Source: Octopus sinensis
Lineage: Eukaryota
Length of the DNA stretch: 64,000 nucleotides
Assembly (NCBI RefSeq): GCF_006345805.1
Contig: NC_043021.1
Coordinates: 14,136,001 to 14,200,000 of the forward strand
Direction: 5' to 3'
Under the pieces are notes generated by a model. The model was not told the origin of the DNA. It saw only the letters and a list, made by a program, of their open reading frames with translations, and did not search any database. Position numbers and translations under genes: made by a program. Shown here in pieces: positions 27,474 to 39,383 of this stretch (positions within the stretch are counted from its first letter, which is position 1; every line of letters starts with the position of its first letter).

Positions 27474-27742
27474 TATTTTTGTTATTTTTTATTTGCCCTG
27501 TCCGTGTGAGCTAACAATCGTACTGACTTTCATGGGAAACATGTATTTTTGTGGTTGAAACCTTTTGGATTAACTGGTGCTAGAGTGAGCCATATAGTGA
27601 CCACTCTCTTATATTTATTTTGTAAAAATATTATAATATATTATAAAATATTATAATAATCCAGGTTTCTCGGAGCACTAGGCCACTTGGTGTAGAATAG
27701 ATATACTATTAAATTAGTATCTAATTCTCTCACCCTTATTAA

Positions 27743-27798
<56 letters not shown>

Positions 27799-28062
27799 TG
27801 CTCTTTATGTGCCACTGGCACAGGTATCACAACTACAATTGCCATTTGATATTTCTTTTGATGTTGATGTACTTGACTCAATAGCTCTCCTCAAGCACAG
27901 CAGGTCATCCTATGATCCAAGGTAAGCACAGCAGGTCATTCTGCAATCCAAGGTACTTTGGATGGGCTGGGGCTGTGCAAAACCGGTGCAGGAAACAGCC
28001 ATGAACTAACATTATTTGTCGGGTCTTTGCAGTCACAACATATCTCAAGAGATCTCGATATA

Positions 28063-28438
28063 GGCGCAGGAGTGGCTGTATGGTAAGTAGCTTGCTAACC
28101 AACCACATGGTTCAGGGTTCAGTCCCACTGCGTGGCATCTTGGGCAAGTGTCTTCTGCTATAGCCCTGGGCCGACCAATGCCTTGTGAGTGGATTTGGTA
28201 GACGGAAACTGAAAGAAGCCTGTCGTATATATGTATATATATATGTATGTGTTTGTCCCCCTAGCATTGCTTGACAACCGATGCTGGTGTGCTTACGTCC
28301 CTGTCACTTAGCGGTTTGGCAAAAAGAGACAGAATAAGTACTGGGCTTACAAAGAATAAGTCCCGGGGTCGATTTGCTCGACTAAAGGCGGTGCTCCAGC
28401 ATGGCCGCAGTCAAATGACTGAAACAAGTAAAAGAGTA
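28063..28438 (+). mobile_element. SINE family B (GGCGCAGGAGTGGCTGTNTGGTAAG...GGTTCAGTCCC; internal (TA/TG)n)
   Basis: A/B boxes present. Copies at ~14900-15265(+), 21160-21310(+), 25057-25200(+), 25231-25392(-), 30835-31200(-), 44850-45285(+), 51915-52075(+), 61410-61660(-). Confidence 0.85.
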
Positions 28439-28439
28439 A

Positions 28440-28470
<31 letters not shown>

Positions 28471-29306
28471 TGAAGGACTGCTGAAGAGTTCCTGACTTTA
28501 AGGGTGCCTGGTTGGAACCCAGCCTTCCAAGTTCTTTTACAGGGCTTAGAAAAACTGAAGGACTGTAGTAATGAGCATGCGAATCTGAGTGGGGAATATG
28601 TTGAATAAAATCCTAATTAACTGATAATCCTGTATTTTCTTTTATCCAAAGCCAAAAGCTTTGCAGTACACCCACGCAGATAAACTTTGAAAACAAAAAG
28701 AAGAAAAAAGGAAACAACAAAACTAGAAAAGCCATTGGATGAATAATTGTGCTTGTAAGCCAAAACCCCAGTCGTATCTCATTGACATGTGATATGAAAA
28801 CTAAGTTGAGAGTGAGAAATACTCAGTGGACATACAAGATCGGTATCAATTGAATATCCTTGTTGAAAGTGACGGATGGACACGTCACCATGACAAGGTG
28901 AGCAACAGGTTATGCGTTTTTAAGGTCGCTCAACTCGGTAGAAATAGCAGCTAAATCGCCTTTAAATTATATCTCGGTCTTAAATAATGAAAAGACAGAT
29001 AATACAGATGTTTGTGGTTGATCACATGCCTGTACTGTCTCGGTTGACCTGGGCCTAAACAACAAAAACAACCAAACATTTCAAGTATGAATCAGGGCAT
29101 AGCTTCGTTTTTGAGATCGGCTGAATGGCATAAGATCGCCTGAATCAGTGCACGACTGAACACACCCACACAAACACATACTTTCTCACTCTCTTTCACA
29201 CCCTTTTTCTATTTCTCTCTCACACACACGTGTATGACAAACGCTCGCAGGTCAAAAACTTCAAAGTCACTGTCACCCTTGTAAAAGTTTAACAAACACA
29301 TCCCTC

Positions 29307-30645
29307 GGATCTTTTCCTTTTGAACGGCAGACAATTTCTAGTTAACTAAACACTTTAAAACTTCGTATACTGGTAGAATGTGTCAAAATAAAACATTTTT
29401 TTCTCTTGGCTTTCTTGATAAAATTGTAATTCGTTTGTTTAACGTAGTTTAATTTTTCGAATTTTTACCAATGCCGGTGGCACGTAAAATACACCAATCC
29501 GACCGAAGACATGTTGGGGCAAGCGAAAGCGAAAGCGAAATCGAATTGAACCAGCCAGGATCCCTGGTCTGGTGGTATGTAAAAAGCACTATCCGACTCG
29601 TGGCCAATGCCAGCGCCGCCTCGACTGGCTTCCATGCCGGTGGCACATAAAATACACCAATCCGACCGTGGCCGTTGCCAGCCTCGCCTGGCACCTGTGC
29701 AGGTGGCACGTAAAAAGCACCCACTACACTCACGGAGTGGTTGGCGTTAGGAAGGGCATCCAGCTGTAGAAACATTGCCAGATTAGACTGGAGCCTGGTG
29801 CAGCCTTCTGGCTTCCTAGAACCCCGGTCGAACCGTCCAACCCATGCTAGCATGGAGAACGGACGTTAAACGATGATGATGATGAATCTCCTCTAATTGA
29901 GCTAAAATCATTTGCTGTATCTAAAACTGAGACAACATTCTGTCACTAACCCTAAATTTTTTTTTCTTAATTGTTAAATTAATTTAATTGTTGTTGTTTT
30001 TACACACATAACAATTAAATTAATTTAACAATTAAGAAAAAAAAAATTTAGGGTTAGTGACAGAATGTTGTCTCAGTTTTAGATGCAGCAAATGATTTTA
30101 GCTCAATTAGAGGCGATTCATTGGTTAAAATTCGAAAAATTAAACTACGTTAAACAAACGAATTACAATTTTATCAAGAAAGCCAAGAGAAAAAAATGTT
30201 TTATTTTGACACATTCTGCCAGTATACGAGGTTTTAAAGTGTTTAGTTAACTAGAAATTGTGTTGACATGTGCCGTTCAGAAGGAAAAGATCCTATTTTC
30301 CATTGCTTTCGTTTTTTTTTTACACGTGTAACAATTAAATTAATTTAACAATTAAGAAAAAAAAAATTTAGGGTTAGGGTTAGGGGGAGGTTTAGGGTTA
30401 GTTACAGGATGTTGTCTCAGTTTTAGACACAGAAAATGATTTTAGCTCAATGGAGGTAATCGATTGGTTAAAATTGACGAAATGCTCGAAATTTCAAACG
30501 AAATATCTTACAAACTATCGAATTTTCTCAATAAAACAAAGAGAAAATGATGTTTTATAAACACATTCTACTAGTATACGAAGTTTAAAACTTTTTAGTT
30601 ACCTAGAAATTATGTTACAAAGTGCCGTTCAAAAGGAAAAGATCC
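29307..30645. mobile_element. GG-terminated MITE/foldback (Merlin-like) with 8-bp TSD, three arms and a nested RTE 3' end
   Basis: TIR GGATCTTTTCCTTTTGAACGGCA / TGCCGTTCAAAAGGAAAAGATCC. TSD CATCCCTC at 29299-29306 and 30646-30653. An extra right end finishes at 30293. TTAGGG repeats inside and an RTE insertion at ~29472-29883. Confidence 0.85.
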
Positions 30646-30762
30646 CATCCCTCCTCTAAAAACGGTATTGAGTAATTCTTCAGTTTAAAGTTAAGTTGTT
30701 TTTGTTATAATTTGACATAAACACACACACACACACATATATATATACATATATATACATAC

Positions 30763-30829
<67 letters not shown>

Positions 30830-31015
30830 TATACTCTTTTACTTGTTTCAGTCATCTGACTGCGGCCATGCTGGAGCACCGCCTTTAGTCGAGCAAATCA
30901 ACCCCGGACTTATTCTTTGTAAGCCCAGTACTTATTCTATCGGTCTCTTTTGCAAAACCGCTAAGTGACGGGGACGTAAACACACCAGCATCGGTTGTCA
31001 ATGCTAGGGAGACAA

Positions 31016-31046
<31 letters not shown>

Positions 31047-31211
31047 CGACAGGTTTCTTTCAGTTTCCGTCTATCAAATCCACTCACAAGGCATTATTCG
31101 GCCCGGGGCTATAGAAGACACTTGCCCAAGATGCCACGCAGTGGGACTGAACCAGGAACCATGTGGTTGGTTAGCAAGCTACTTACCACACAGCCACTCC
31201 TATATACATAT

Positions 31212-31264
<53 letters not shown>

Positions 31265-31270
31265 TATATA

Positions 31271-31800
31271 TCATCATCATCATCATCATCATCGTTTAAC
31301 GTCTGTTTTCCGCGCTAGCACGGGTTGGACGGTTCGACCGGGGTCTGGGGAGCCAGGGGCTGCCCCAGGCTCCAGTCTGATCTGGCAGTGTTTCTACAGC
31401 TGGATGCCCTTCCTAACGCCAACCACTCCGCGAGTGTAGTGGGTGCTTTTTACGTGCCACCTGCACAGGTGCCAGAGGGGTCTGGCATCGGCCACGTTCG
31501 GATGGTGCTTTTTATGTGCCACCGGCACAGAAGCCATTCGAGACAGGGTTGGCATCGGTCATGTTCGGATGGTGCTTTTTATGTGCCACCGGCACAGAAG
31601 CCATTCGAGACAGGGTTGGCATCGGTCATGTTCGGATGGTGCTTTTTATGTGCCACCGGCACAGAAGCCAGTGGAGGCTGCACTGGCAACGGCCACGTTT
31701 GGATGGTGCTTTTTATGTGTCACCGGCACAGGTATCACAACTACTGTTTCCATTGATATTTGGTTCGATGTTCACTGGCAACGACCACGTTTGGATGGTG
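31271..31800 (-). mobile_element. Truncated RTE LINE 3' UTR copy with internal ~60-bp tandem duplications
   Basis: (CAT)n tail, shared 3' block, and repeated cggatggtgctttttatgtgccaccggcacagaagcc units. Confidence 0.85.
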
Positions 31801-31864
31801 CTTAATATCATGAGAAATTCCCAGTAGCGATTCGTAAAAATTTAGGTTTGACTGCCTAAAAAAA

Positions 31865-31902
<38 letters not shown>

Positions 31903-32762
31903 ATCCAAACAAAAAAACACAGAAAAAAACACAGCAATGCGAGGACGTGGAACAATTAAAGTATTATTTGACGCTCAGGAAAGAAGGGAAGGAGGGTTTA
32001 ACGTTTCGAGCGGAGCTCTTCGTCGGAAACAAAGGAGAAGGAAAGATCCCGGGAAGGGAAGACAGAGGAAAATAATTTTTTTTATGTATATATATATATA
32101 CACACACACACATGTATATATATATATAGAGAGAGGGGGGAAGGAGGCGCTGGTGTGATTGTGTGGTAGTTTACTCCCAATCCCATTGTTCTGGGTTCAT
32201 TCCCACTGCGTGACGCCTTGGGCAAGTGTCTTCAACTATAGACTTGGGCTAACCAAAAAAACCTCGTGAGTGGATTTGGTAGACGTAAACTGAAAGAAGC
32301 CTGACTTATACATATTGTGTGTGTGTGTGTTCCTCCCACCATCACTGCTTGATAACCGATGTTAGTGTGTTTCAGTCGCAGTAATTTAGCAGTTCGATAA
32401 ATAGAGTACAATAGAATAAATACGAGGCTTAAAGAAGTAAAAGAGTACTGGGGTCGATTCGTTCGACAAAAAGTTCTTCAAGGCGGCGCCCCAAGATGCC
32501 CGAAGTCTAATGATTGAAACAAGCAGGGATAGATAGACAGATAGATAGATAAGTTTCTTTATTGGCCACACAGGGCTGCACACAGATGGGACAAGGTAGA
32601 GCTTTTCTTTTGGGGGTTGAAAAAAACAAAAAACAAAAGAAAAAAAAAGGGTGGCGTAGGTTTTCGATCAAGAGGGATCGTAAAAGGGAAGAAAAGAACA
32701 AAAAAATAAATAAATAAATAAAATAAAAAATATAGATAGATAGATAGATAGATAGAGAAACA

Positions 32763-32938
32763 GGGTACTTGTCTATTGTCGTGGTCCCGGTTTCGCACAC
32801 GCGAATTCGCGCGCGCCAGACGTAGGTACTCGATACTCGAGATCCTACGAGGTGACTTGCACATGCGCAGTGCAGAATTCGCGCATGCGCGTTAACCCCC
32901 CCCCCCTAAAAAAGAAAAGGTGTTGGATTTCACTAAAA

Positions 32939-32985
<47 letters not shown>

Positions 32986-35900
32986 ACATTTTCAATTTTA
33001 CACAAAAAAATTACATAGTCGCTTTCCTCGCGGATTTACAGATAAATGAATTAATTACTATTTTACAGAATAAAATTAATGAATTAATTATATAAATTAA
33101 ATAATTCTTGAAAATTAATTAATATTAATAATATTTTTTGAACAAAGTAAATAATTTATAAAACTTGGTTAATAATTTTTTTTACACAAACGCGAACGTA
33201 TATAATTTGTGAAACTTTTTTTTTTTTACAGACGTATATAATTTGGTAAACTTAATGAATTAATTTCTTCTCATCATCATCATCGTTTAACGTCCGTTCT
33301 CCATGCCAGCATGGGTTGGACGGTTCGACCGGGGATCTGGGAAGCCAGAAGGCTGCACCAGACTCCAGTCTTATCTGGCAATGTTTCTACAGCTGGATGC
33401 CCTTCCTAACGCCAACCACTCCGAGAGTGTAGTGGGTGCTTTTTACATGCCACCCACACAGGTGCCAGGCGAGGCTGGCAACGACCACGGTCGGATTGGT
33501 GCCAGTCGAGGCGGCTCTGGCATCGGCCACGATTCGGATAGTGCTTTTTACGTACCACCAGTCCAGGGGTCCTGGCATTTGCCGGGTGTCACACTTGCCC
33601 CAACATGTCTTCGCAAGCAAAGGGGGTTGGCATGGGTGCCTGTCGTGGGATGAGGTTCGATATCAACTTCGCTTGCCTCAACAGGTCTTTGTGTATAAAT
33701 GTATAAATTTTTCGCACTAAATTCTTTCCGTAGAATTTATCAAAAAACGCGCAAAATTATTCCGTAGAATTTATCAAATTAAAAAAACGCAAAATTAATA
33801 TATTTTTTGAAATTGCAAATTATTTAGAATATAAAACAAATGAAGTTAAATTTTAAAAATAAATGTCATATACTTATACTCTGTAAGGTGCTGTGTTCAC
33901 ACTTCAATTTACTATTTTCTAGAAATGTTGCTTTTCTAATTGAAACAATTTTTCTCAATCTCCATTTAAAAGTCCATCATGTCTCTTGAGACATATCAAA
34001 ATGAACAACTTTGAATTACGCGGCGGCGGTGGTGGTGTGAGGTTCTAATTTTTTTTTCTGATCTCTCTTTGCCCCCTCTTTATCTCAGTTGTTCATTCCC
34101 TAATATTTAGAAAATTTTTCGCGCCCAATTTTTGTTGTCGCGGGAAAAGATGAACGATTTAAAATAATATATCTTAATTGTAGTGTGAGAAAGTATATAT
34201 ATTCTGATGACAAAATATATTATCTTTCAAAAACATCCCAAATTTATAGACTATATCGTGTAGGTTTAAGAAATATATATATATATAGATATATATATAT
34301 ATACCAGCCTCATATGGCACCTGTGTCGGTGGCACATAAAAACACCTTCCGAAGACCCGGCAAGACTAGTCAGTCCACCTGTGCATACCTTCCTTCTTGT
34401 GACACTTGTGAAGACCGGTTGAGGCAAGTGAAAATCAAATCAAATCAAATCAAAATAGACAAAATAGATGAACATCAATGGAATTTGTATCTTGTGGTAC
34501 CAGTGCCTGTGGCACACAAGAAATCCATCAGTGCCGTAGTCAGTGCGGTGGGCACATGACAAACACCATCCGATCGTGGCCGTTCGCCAGCCTCATCTAG
34601 CACTTGTGTCGGTGGCACATAAAAACACCATCCGAAGACCCGGCAAGACTAGTCAGGCCATAACCCATGGCCCCTACCTGGGACGTAGTCAGTCCACCTG
34701 TGCATACCTTCCTTCTTGTGACACTTGTGAAGACCTGTTGAGGCAAGTGAAAATCAAAACAAATCAAAATAGATGAACATCAATGGAATTTGTATCTTGT
34801 GGTACCAGTGCCGGTGGCACGTGGCACATAAGAAAACATCCGAACGTGGCCGTAGCCAGTACCACCTCATCGACTGGCCTCCGTGCTGTGGGCACGTAAC
34901 AAGCACCATCCGATCGTGGCCGTTTGCCAGCCTCATCTGGCACCTGTGTCGGTGGCACATAAAAACACCATCCGAGCGTGGCCGTCTGCCAGCCTCGTCT
35001 GGCACCTGTGTCGGTGGCACATAAAAACACCATCCGAGCGTGGCCGTCTGCCAGCCTCGTCTGGCACCTGTGTCGGTGGCACATAAAAACACCATCCGAG
35101 AGTGGCCGTCTGCCAGCCTCGTCTGGCACCTGTGTCGGTGGCACATAAAAACACCATCCGAGCGTGGCCGTTTGCCAGCCTCGTCTGGCACCTGTGTCGG
35201 TGGCACATAAAATCACACCCACTACACTCTCGGAGTGGTTGGCGTTAGGAAGGGCATCCAGCTGTAGAAACACTGCCAGATCTGACTGGACTGGTGCAGC
35301 TTTCGGGCTCCCCAGACCCCAGTTGAACCGTCCAACCCATGCTAGCATGGAAAGCGGACGTTAAATGATGATGATGATGATGATGATGATATATAGTAGA
35401 GAATGAAACATCTTTCATCTGTCTCCCCACCACACCTCCATCTAGGGGGGCAAAGAGAGATCAGAAAAAAAAATTAGAACCTCACACCACCACCGCCGCC
35501 GCGTAATTCAAAGTTGTTCATTTTGATATGTCTCAAGAGACATGATGGACTTTTAAATGGAGATTGAGAAAAATTGTTTCAATTAGAAAAGCAACATTTC
35601 TAGAAAATAGTAAATTGAAGTGTGAACACAGCACCTTACAGAGTATAAGTATATGACATTTATTTTTAAAATTTAACTTCATTTGTTTTATATTCTAAAT
35701 AATTTGCAATTTCAAAAAATATATTAATTTTGCGTTTTTTAATTTGATAAATTCTACGGAATAATTTTGCGCGTTTTTTGATAAATTCTACGGAAAGAAT
35801 TTAGTGCGAAAAATTTATACATTTATACACAAAGACCTGTTGAGGCAAGCGAAGTTGATATCGAACCTCATCCCACGACAGGCACCCATGCCAACCCCCT

Positions 35901-36734
35901 TTGCTTGCGAAGACATGTTGGGGCAAGTGTGACACCCGGCAAATGCCAGGACCCCTGGACTGGAGGTATGTAAAAAGCACTATCCGAATCGTGGCCGATG
36001 CCAGAGCCGCCTCGACTGGCACCAATCCGACCGTGGCCGTTGCCAGCCTCGCCTGGCACCTGTGCGGGTGGCATGTAAAAAGCACCCACTACACTCTCGG
36101 AGTGGTTGGCGTTAGGAAGGGCATCCAGCTGTAGAAACATTGCCAGATAAGACTGGAGTCTGGTGCAGCCTTCTGGCTTCCCAGATCCCCGGTCGAACCG
36201 TCCAATCCATGCTGGCATGGAGAACGGACGTTAAACGATGATGATGATAAGAAATTAATTCATTAAGTTTACCAAATTATATACGTCTGTAAAAAAAAAA
36301 AGTTTCACAAATTATATACGTTCGCGTTTGTGTAAAAAAAATTATTAACCAAGTTTTATAAATTATTTACTTTGTTCAAAAAATATTATTAATATTAATT
36401 AATTTTCAAGAATTATTTAATTTATATAATTAATTCATTAATTTTATTCTGTAAAATAGTAATTAATTCATTTATCTGTAAATCCGCGAGGAAAGCGACT
36501 ATGTAATTTTTTTGTGTAAAATTGAAAATGTTTTATATATACACACACATATATATTTTTAGTGAAATCCAACACCTTTTTTTTAGGGGGGGGGAGGTTA
36601 ACGCGCATGCGCGAATTCTGCACTGCGCATGCGCAAGTCACCTCGTAGGATCTCGAGTATCGAGTACCTACGTCTGGCGCGCGCGCGCGAATTCGTGTGT
36701 GCGAAACCGGGACCACGACAATAGACAAGTACCC
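32763..36734. mobile_element. Foldback element with ~1.3-kb inverted arms
   Basis: 32763-34076 is the near-perfect reverse complement of 35446-36734. Termini GGGTACTTGTCTATTGTCGTGGTCCC. Mirror ORFs 33303-33653(+) and 35868-36218(-). No TSD visible. Confidence 0.85.
34305..35388 (+). mobile_element. RTE LINE 3' end with expanded ~59-bp internal repeats, in the foldback spacer
   Basis: Begins at the ORF end (cccggcaagactag), has several ggtggcacataaaaacaccatccgagcgtggccg units, and ends in (ATG)n at ~35365-35388. Confidence 0.85.
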
Positions 36735-37900
36735 AAGATTGCCTAATTAGTTTGTTTTTTTTTCTCTTTTTTTAGGCAGTCAAACCTAAATTTTTTACGA
36801 ATCGCTACTGGGAATTTCTCATTTCTGTTCTCAAGAAACGGGAACGGTTAATGTTAACATCTTGACCCGGAAAAAATTAAAAAAAAACAAAAACCTCCAA
36901 GCACAGATCCCAGCAGATCCAACGGGGAATAAATTATAATAAAATTGTAATGTAATCACTGAAACAACACTGAAAATTCACTGGAAAAGTTCGCTTGTGT
37001 TTGTATATATAATTAATATAATTAATATAGACAGCAGTTTGCAGTGTTTTACCAAAGAGGAAAACTATTATAATTGTCACCAGATGTGACTAGGGTGTTA
37101 GGAACACTTACAACATTCCTAGAAATAGGAGCTAAAATGTTCTAATGCTGTAGTCAACGCACATAAATACTGACTGAGACTATAATCGTCCGAAAACACC
37201 GTCCGGGAATTCCTTATGCTGACCGACCAGTGTGTATATATATATATAATAATAATAATAATGAAATCAATTGTATACAGTGCTCAGGTGCACCACAACT
37301 TGTCAGAAAGTGCGTATAAAGTACATGCAGTAATGTAGAAATGTCTGGAAAGCGAACAATGTATGAGTCAGATACATGCTTGTGTGTTTATAGGGGGGGG
37401 GGAAATCAAGTGTAGTGTTGGCGAATCTCAGGAAGCATGGAAGTTTTGAAGGATGCAGTGCTCCGACAACTATATATATATATATATATATATGGTGATT
37501 TTTTGGACTAACGGGTATTTGTCAGTTAGTTCTGTAATCTATCGCTTCCCTGTGAACCGACGGAGATTAGACATACATACACGCGCGTATGTGCGTGTGT
37601 GTTAATGAGATTTGCTATTAGCGAAACTCTTTGATTCGATCAACCCACCCAGTGGAAGTTTTTCAACTTTCGTCTGTCGCCCGTGCTTCGGACCATGCTG
37701 ATCTGCAGCGGGACGGGAGCTGAGGGAATGAATGAATAGCCATAGACCGAAGGTCGGAAATGTCTTTGATAACGGGGACTCTCAGGGACACGGCAATCAA
37801 TTATAAAAAATGGACAAATCACCATATATAAATTTCGATCACGGATCAGTATATAGTGTGTGCGTGTGTGTGTATATATTTATGTATGCATGCCTGTATC

Positions 37901-37954
<54 letters not shown>

Positions 37955-38107
37955 ATATATATATATATAATATAATATATATATATATTATATATATATA
38001 ATATATATATAATATAATATATATATATATATGATATAATATATATATATATACATATACATATAAATTAATTTCTCGATCTGCCGTTAAAAGGGTAAAG
38101 ATTCCAT

Positions 38108-38145
<38 letters not shown>

Positions 38146-38163
38146 TATATATATATTTGCATG

Positions 38164-38308
38164 GGATCTTTACCCTTTGAACGGCTGATCGAGAATTTTT
38201 TGTAACTAAACACATTCAAACTGTTTAGTTACAGAAAAGTAAACTTTCAAACTATTTATTTACAAAAAAATAATTTCTCGATCTGCCGTTCAAAGGGGGT
38301 AAAGATCC
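38164..38308. mobile_element. Short related MITE (GGATCTTTACCCTTTGAACGG termini)
   Basis: Inverted termini, with an 8-bp TSD TTTGCATG / TTTGCATA (one mismatch). A solo end lies at ~38068-38105. Confidence 0.75.
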
Positions 38309-38499
38309 TTTGCATATATGTATGTATTACATATTCGCTTCAAGTTAGTTGAGAAATTTCTCTCAACTTATCTCTAAACATACCGACACGCTCACAAATA
38401 CTTATATACAGATTATACAGATTCGATTACAACATCCATCGACCAAGTCGACAGACATACAAAGAGACAAACAGACCACCTTGTTTCGCATTTATGGTG

Positions 38500-38530
<31 letters not shown>

Positions 38531-39348
38531 ATATATATAAAGAGAGGGAGAGAAAGATTCATAGTTAGATAGACAAACAGATTATTAGAAAGACAGAAAG
38601 ATCGATAAATAGATAGTCTGGGAGATAGACAAACAAGCAAAGAAACGGATTAACGCTTTCTATCCTAAATGAAGAACTTACCTCCGAATCCCAATCCATG
38701 GCTTTAGATAATCACTTCACAAGTATATATAAGATATATTTCGGATATTTTCTACACTCTAACACACTCAACCGAAAACTGTGTTCATCTGCTCAGACGG
38801 ACGTAAAGCTAACAGTTGCTGTGTTGTTCTTTTTTGTAATAATGGTAGTTTGCTATCGTAGGGTGATAGTTTCAGTGCATCTAGCGGTCTGAACGTTTAT
38901 AAATCGTTGCTGTTGTTATTACGAGTCAGCGTGGTGCTGACGATGGCCGCTGCTTTGAAGTCGTTATTCATTCAGTGTTTAAGGAAGTCGGTACTCGATG
39001 GTCGAGTGTTGCTTTCTATTGTTTTGTTGTTTTTTTTGTTTGTTTGTTTCTTTTACTCTTGTGTTTGTTTTTTTTTACTTGTTTCACTCTGCGACCCTGC
39101 TGGAGCAACCACCTTGAAGAAATTTTTAGTCAAACGAACCGATGACTCCAGTACTTATTGGTTTTCGTTTTTTTTTAGTTCTGGTACTTATTCTGTCGGT
39201 GTCGTTTGCCGTACTGCTAGTTTGCGGGGACGTAAACACACCTACGCCTGCTGCCAAGCGGTGGTAGGACACGGACACACTCACATACACACACTCACAC
39301 ACACGCACACTTACACACACACACACACAAACATACACGCACACTCAC

Positions 39349-39383
<35 letters not shown>

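Larger units (their letters stand above)
25681..27750. mobile_element. Retrozyme/Penelope-pLTR-like array: three head-to-tail ~535-bp units plus one inverted partial unit, bounded by (TA)n
   Basis: Units start at ~26100, 26638 and 27170 (ctattaaattagtatctaattctctcaccc), with a partial unit at 27706-27750. 25681-26085 is the reverse complement of ~27346-27750. One hammerhead per unit and no ORF. Confidence 0.8.
31810..36822. repeat. Outer ~55-bp terminal inverted repeat pair enclosing the foldback
   Basis: ATGAGAAATTCCCAGTAGCGATTCGTAAAAATTTAGGTTTGACTGCCTAAAA at 31810-31866, with its reverse complement at ~36768-36822. Confidence 0.75.

Noticed and set aside
28063-28135. tRNA-like sequences here and at 9013, 16586 and 57203
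   Set aside because: These are SINE heads: no complete cloverleaf, and each continues into a repeat body present in many copies.
30368-30400. TTAGGG repeats as an interstitial telomere
   Set aside because: Only a few units, internal to a MITE with TIRs and a TSD.
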